This document shows positions 25,348-26,813 of a stretch of DNA of 26,813 bases, piece by piece. The DNA lies in NCBI GenBank assembly GCA_043786195.1, contig JAYVWI010000049.1, forward strand, positions 1 to 26,813, in the 5' to 3' direction. This DNA comes from Minisyncoccota bacterium. GTDB lineage: Bacteria > Patescibacteriota > Minisyncoccia > Phycocordibacterales > UBA918. Below the pieces are notes generated by a model. The model searched no databases and was not told where the DNA came from. It saw only the letters and a list, made by a program, of their open reading frames with translations. The first letter of the stretch is position 1; each line of letters begins with the position of its first letter. A program made the position numbers and the translations under genes.

Positions 25348-25403
25348 GGTCAGCTATGGTAATCTGGCGTCGCTAAGCGTTTCTGCGCTTTTTATTTAAC
25401 ATT

Positions 25404-26180
25404 ATGTCAACTATTAACTCAACACTCATCCAGCGCCTCTTCAATGCAGGCGCACACTTCGGTTTTAAGAAAAGTCGTCGTCACCCAACTGTTATCCCAT
25501 ATCTCTTTACTACTAAAGAAGGTGTCGATATTTTCGATCTCGAAAAGACCGCCACTTCTATTGAGTCAGTCAAAGAATTACTCAAGCAAGCCGGCATGGC
25601 TGGCAAGATTGTCCTCTTTGTTGGTACAAAGGACGAGTCAGCAAAAATTGTTAAAAAAATCGCAGAACAAGTAGAAGCTCCTTATGTAGTCAATCGATGG
25701 ATTGGCGGTATCCTCACTAACATCAGTGAAGTGAAGAAGCGAATCAATCGTCTCGAAGCTCTTACTCACGAAGGTGAGTCAGGTGAGCTCGAACGAAAGT
25801 ACACTAAGAAGGAACGAGTGATGATTGGTCGTGAAATGACCAAGCTCGCTTTCAACTTTGGCGGTATTGCTAAAATGGCTCGCACTCCAGACTACCTCCT
25901 AGTGGTTGACCCACGTCATGACCATATCGCCGTCACGGAAGCACAGTCTAAGAACGTTCCGATTATCGCTATCATGAGTTCAGACTGTGATGCTTCAAAG
26001 ATTGCCTACCCAGTGGTGGTAAACGACGCTTTGCAATCAAGTGTTACGCTCGTACTAGAAGAGCTCGCTGCAGCTTACAAAGAAGGTGTATCAGCCTTCG
26101 TGCCTCGTCCAGTAGTAGCGCGTCCAACAGTTGTCCGTGAATCAGCACCACGTGAGATGGCAAGTCGCCGCCCTCGTTAA
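25404..26180 (+). CDS. rpsB: 30S ribosomal protein S2
   Basis: AGAHFG, DLEKT, LFVGTK, RWIGG.LTN, GGI..M.R.PD, D.D. Confidence 0.96.
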   Translation: MSTINSTLIQRLFNAGAHFGFKKSRRHPTVIPYLFTTKEGVDIFDLEKTATSIESVKELLKQAGMAGKIVLFVGTKDESAKIVKKIAEQVEAPYVVNRWIGGILTNISEVKKRINRLEALTHEGESGELERKYTKKERVMIGREMTKLAFNFGGIAKMARTPDYLLVVDPRHDHIAVTEAQSKNVPIIAIMSSDCDASKIAYPVVVNDALQSSVTLVLEELAAAYKEGVSAFVPRPVVARPTVVRESAPREMASRRPR

Positions 26181-26217
26181 GACCCAGCGACAGCCCTTTG
26201 TTATTATCCTCGTCTAG

Positions 26218-26247
26218 GAATTTGTGGCGGGCTAAAGCCACAAATTC
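26218..26247. other. Hairpin in the rpsB-tsf intergenic region
   Basis: 11-bp inverted repeat GAATTTGTGGC / GCCACAAATTC with an 8-nt loop and no U-tract. Confidence 0.45.
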
Positions 26248-26294
26248 AGACGTAAATTCATAATATATCCTTCGGATATTTATTCATTCATCAT

Positions 26295-26813
26295 ATGGAA
26301 ATCACATCAGTACAATTAAAGGAACTTCGCGATAAGACTGGTATCTCTGTGATGCAGTGTAAACGTGCGCTTGAAGAAGCGGGCGGAGACATGGATAAGG
26401 CGGTGATTATTCTCAAGAAAAAGCGAAGTGAGGCAGCGGAAAAGAAATCTGACCGTGAACTCGGTGCTGGTGCTGTAGGGGTGTACCTGCACAACACCAA
26501 CGAAGTAGCTTCAATGGTGCTCTTAGCGTGTGAGACTGACTTCGTTGCCAAGAACCCAGAATTCATCGCACTTGCGAAGGACATCGCAATGCAGGTTGCT
26601 GCGACAGCGCCAGCTTTTATTGCTCGCACTGAAGTGTCTGAAGAAATCATCCAGAAGGCGAAAGAAGTATTTTTGCCAGAAGTAGAAGGGAAGCCAGAAG
26701 AAATGAAAGAAAAGATTATGGAAGGTAAGCTTTCTGCGTACTTCAAAGATCAAGTGCTTCTCGAACAGCCATTCATCAAGAATCCAGATATGACTATCAG
26801 TGAAATGGTAAAT
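26295..26813 (+). CDS. tsf: Elongation factor Ts (short type), 3'-truncated by the window edge
   Basis: Absent from the ORF track because it has no stop in the window. Own translation: MEITSVQLKELRDKTGISVMQCKRALEE...ETDFVAKN...EGKL...LLEQPFIKNPD. Confidence 0.95.
   Translation, partial: MEITSVQLKELRDKTGISVMQCKRALEEAGGDMDKAVIILKKKRSEAAEKKSDRELGAGAVGVYLHNTNEVASMVLLACETDFVAKNPEFIALAKDIAMQVAATAPAFIARTEVSEEIIQKAKEVFLPEVEGKPEEMKEKIMEGKLSAYFKDQVLLEQPFIKNPDMTISEMVN

Noticed and set aside
14219-26753. Many 60-150 aa antisense or alternative-frame ORFs over gap, tkt, pfkB, prfA, rpsB and tsf (e.g. 26291-26746 minus)
   Set aside because: They fully overlap well-supported conserved genes. The real gene at 26295 onward is tsf on the + strand.
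1-26813. UGA recoding (genetic code 25)
   Set aside because: TGA cleanly terminates genes at 9755, 14191 and 24311, and conserved genes are not interrupted.

Overview
A 26.8-kb chromosomal window, almost entirely on the + strand, using standard genetic code 11 (TGA is a stop at 9755, 14191 and 24311). Gene content and style suggest a Patescibacteria/CPR (Parcubacteria-like) genome; this is an inference, not a database result. From left to right: the 3' part of a giant secreted Gly-rich/FN3 repeat protein, a holin-family membrane protein, an orphan, obgE, gatB, two tandem membrane-anchored HTH proteins, and a four-gene cell-surface operon (two WxL/pilin-like subunits, a DUF916-like membrane protein, an FN3 protein with a C-terminal anchor). 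Then gap-rpiB-rpe-split transketolase, a YqfO-like protein with an Ldh_2 oxidoreductase, an orphan dihydroorotate dehydrogenase, pfkB (minus strand), a coiled-coil lytic transglycosylase, and rpmE2-def-prfA-rpsB-tsf. No rRNA, tRNA, CRISPR or transposase was found. The best candidate for a new system is the 10.0-14.2 kb operon: the putative major subunit and the membrane-anchored FN3 protein both start their mature sequence with the same D-T-x-x-F-x-I-R strand, suggesting a donor-strand-assembled, membrane-anchored surface filament. Other notable signals are about ten near-leaderless promoters, strong C enrichment at third codon positions before terminators, a duplicated 75-bp hairpin element flanking rpmE, and a Gly-rich domain inserted inside a repeat module. 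All family calls are by eye from motifs and all counts are by hand.
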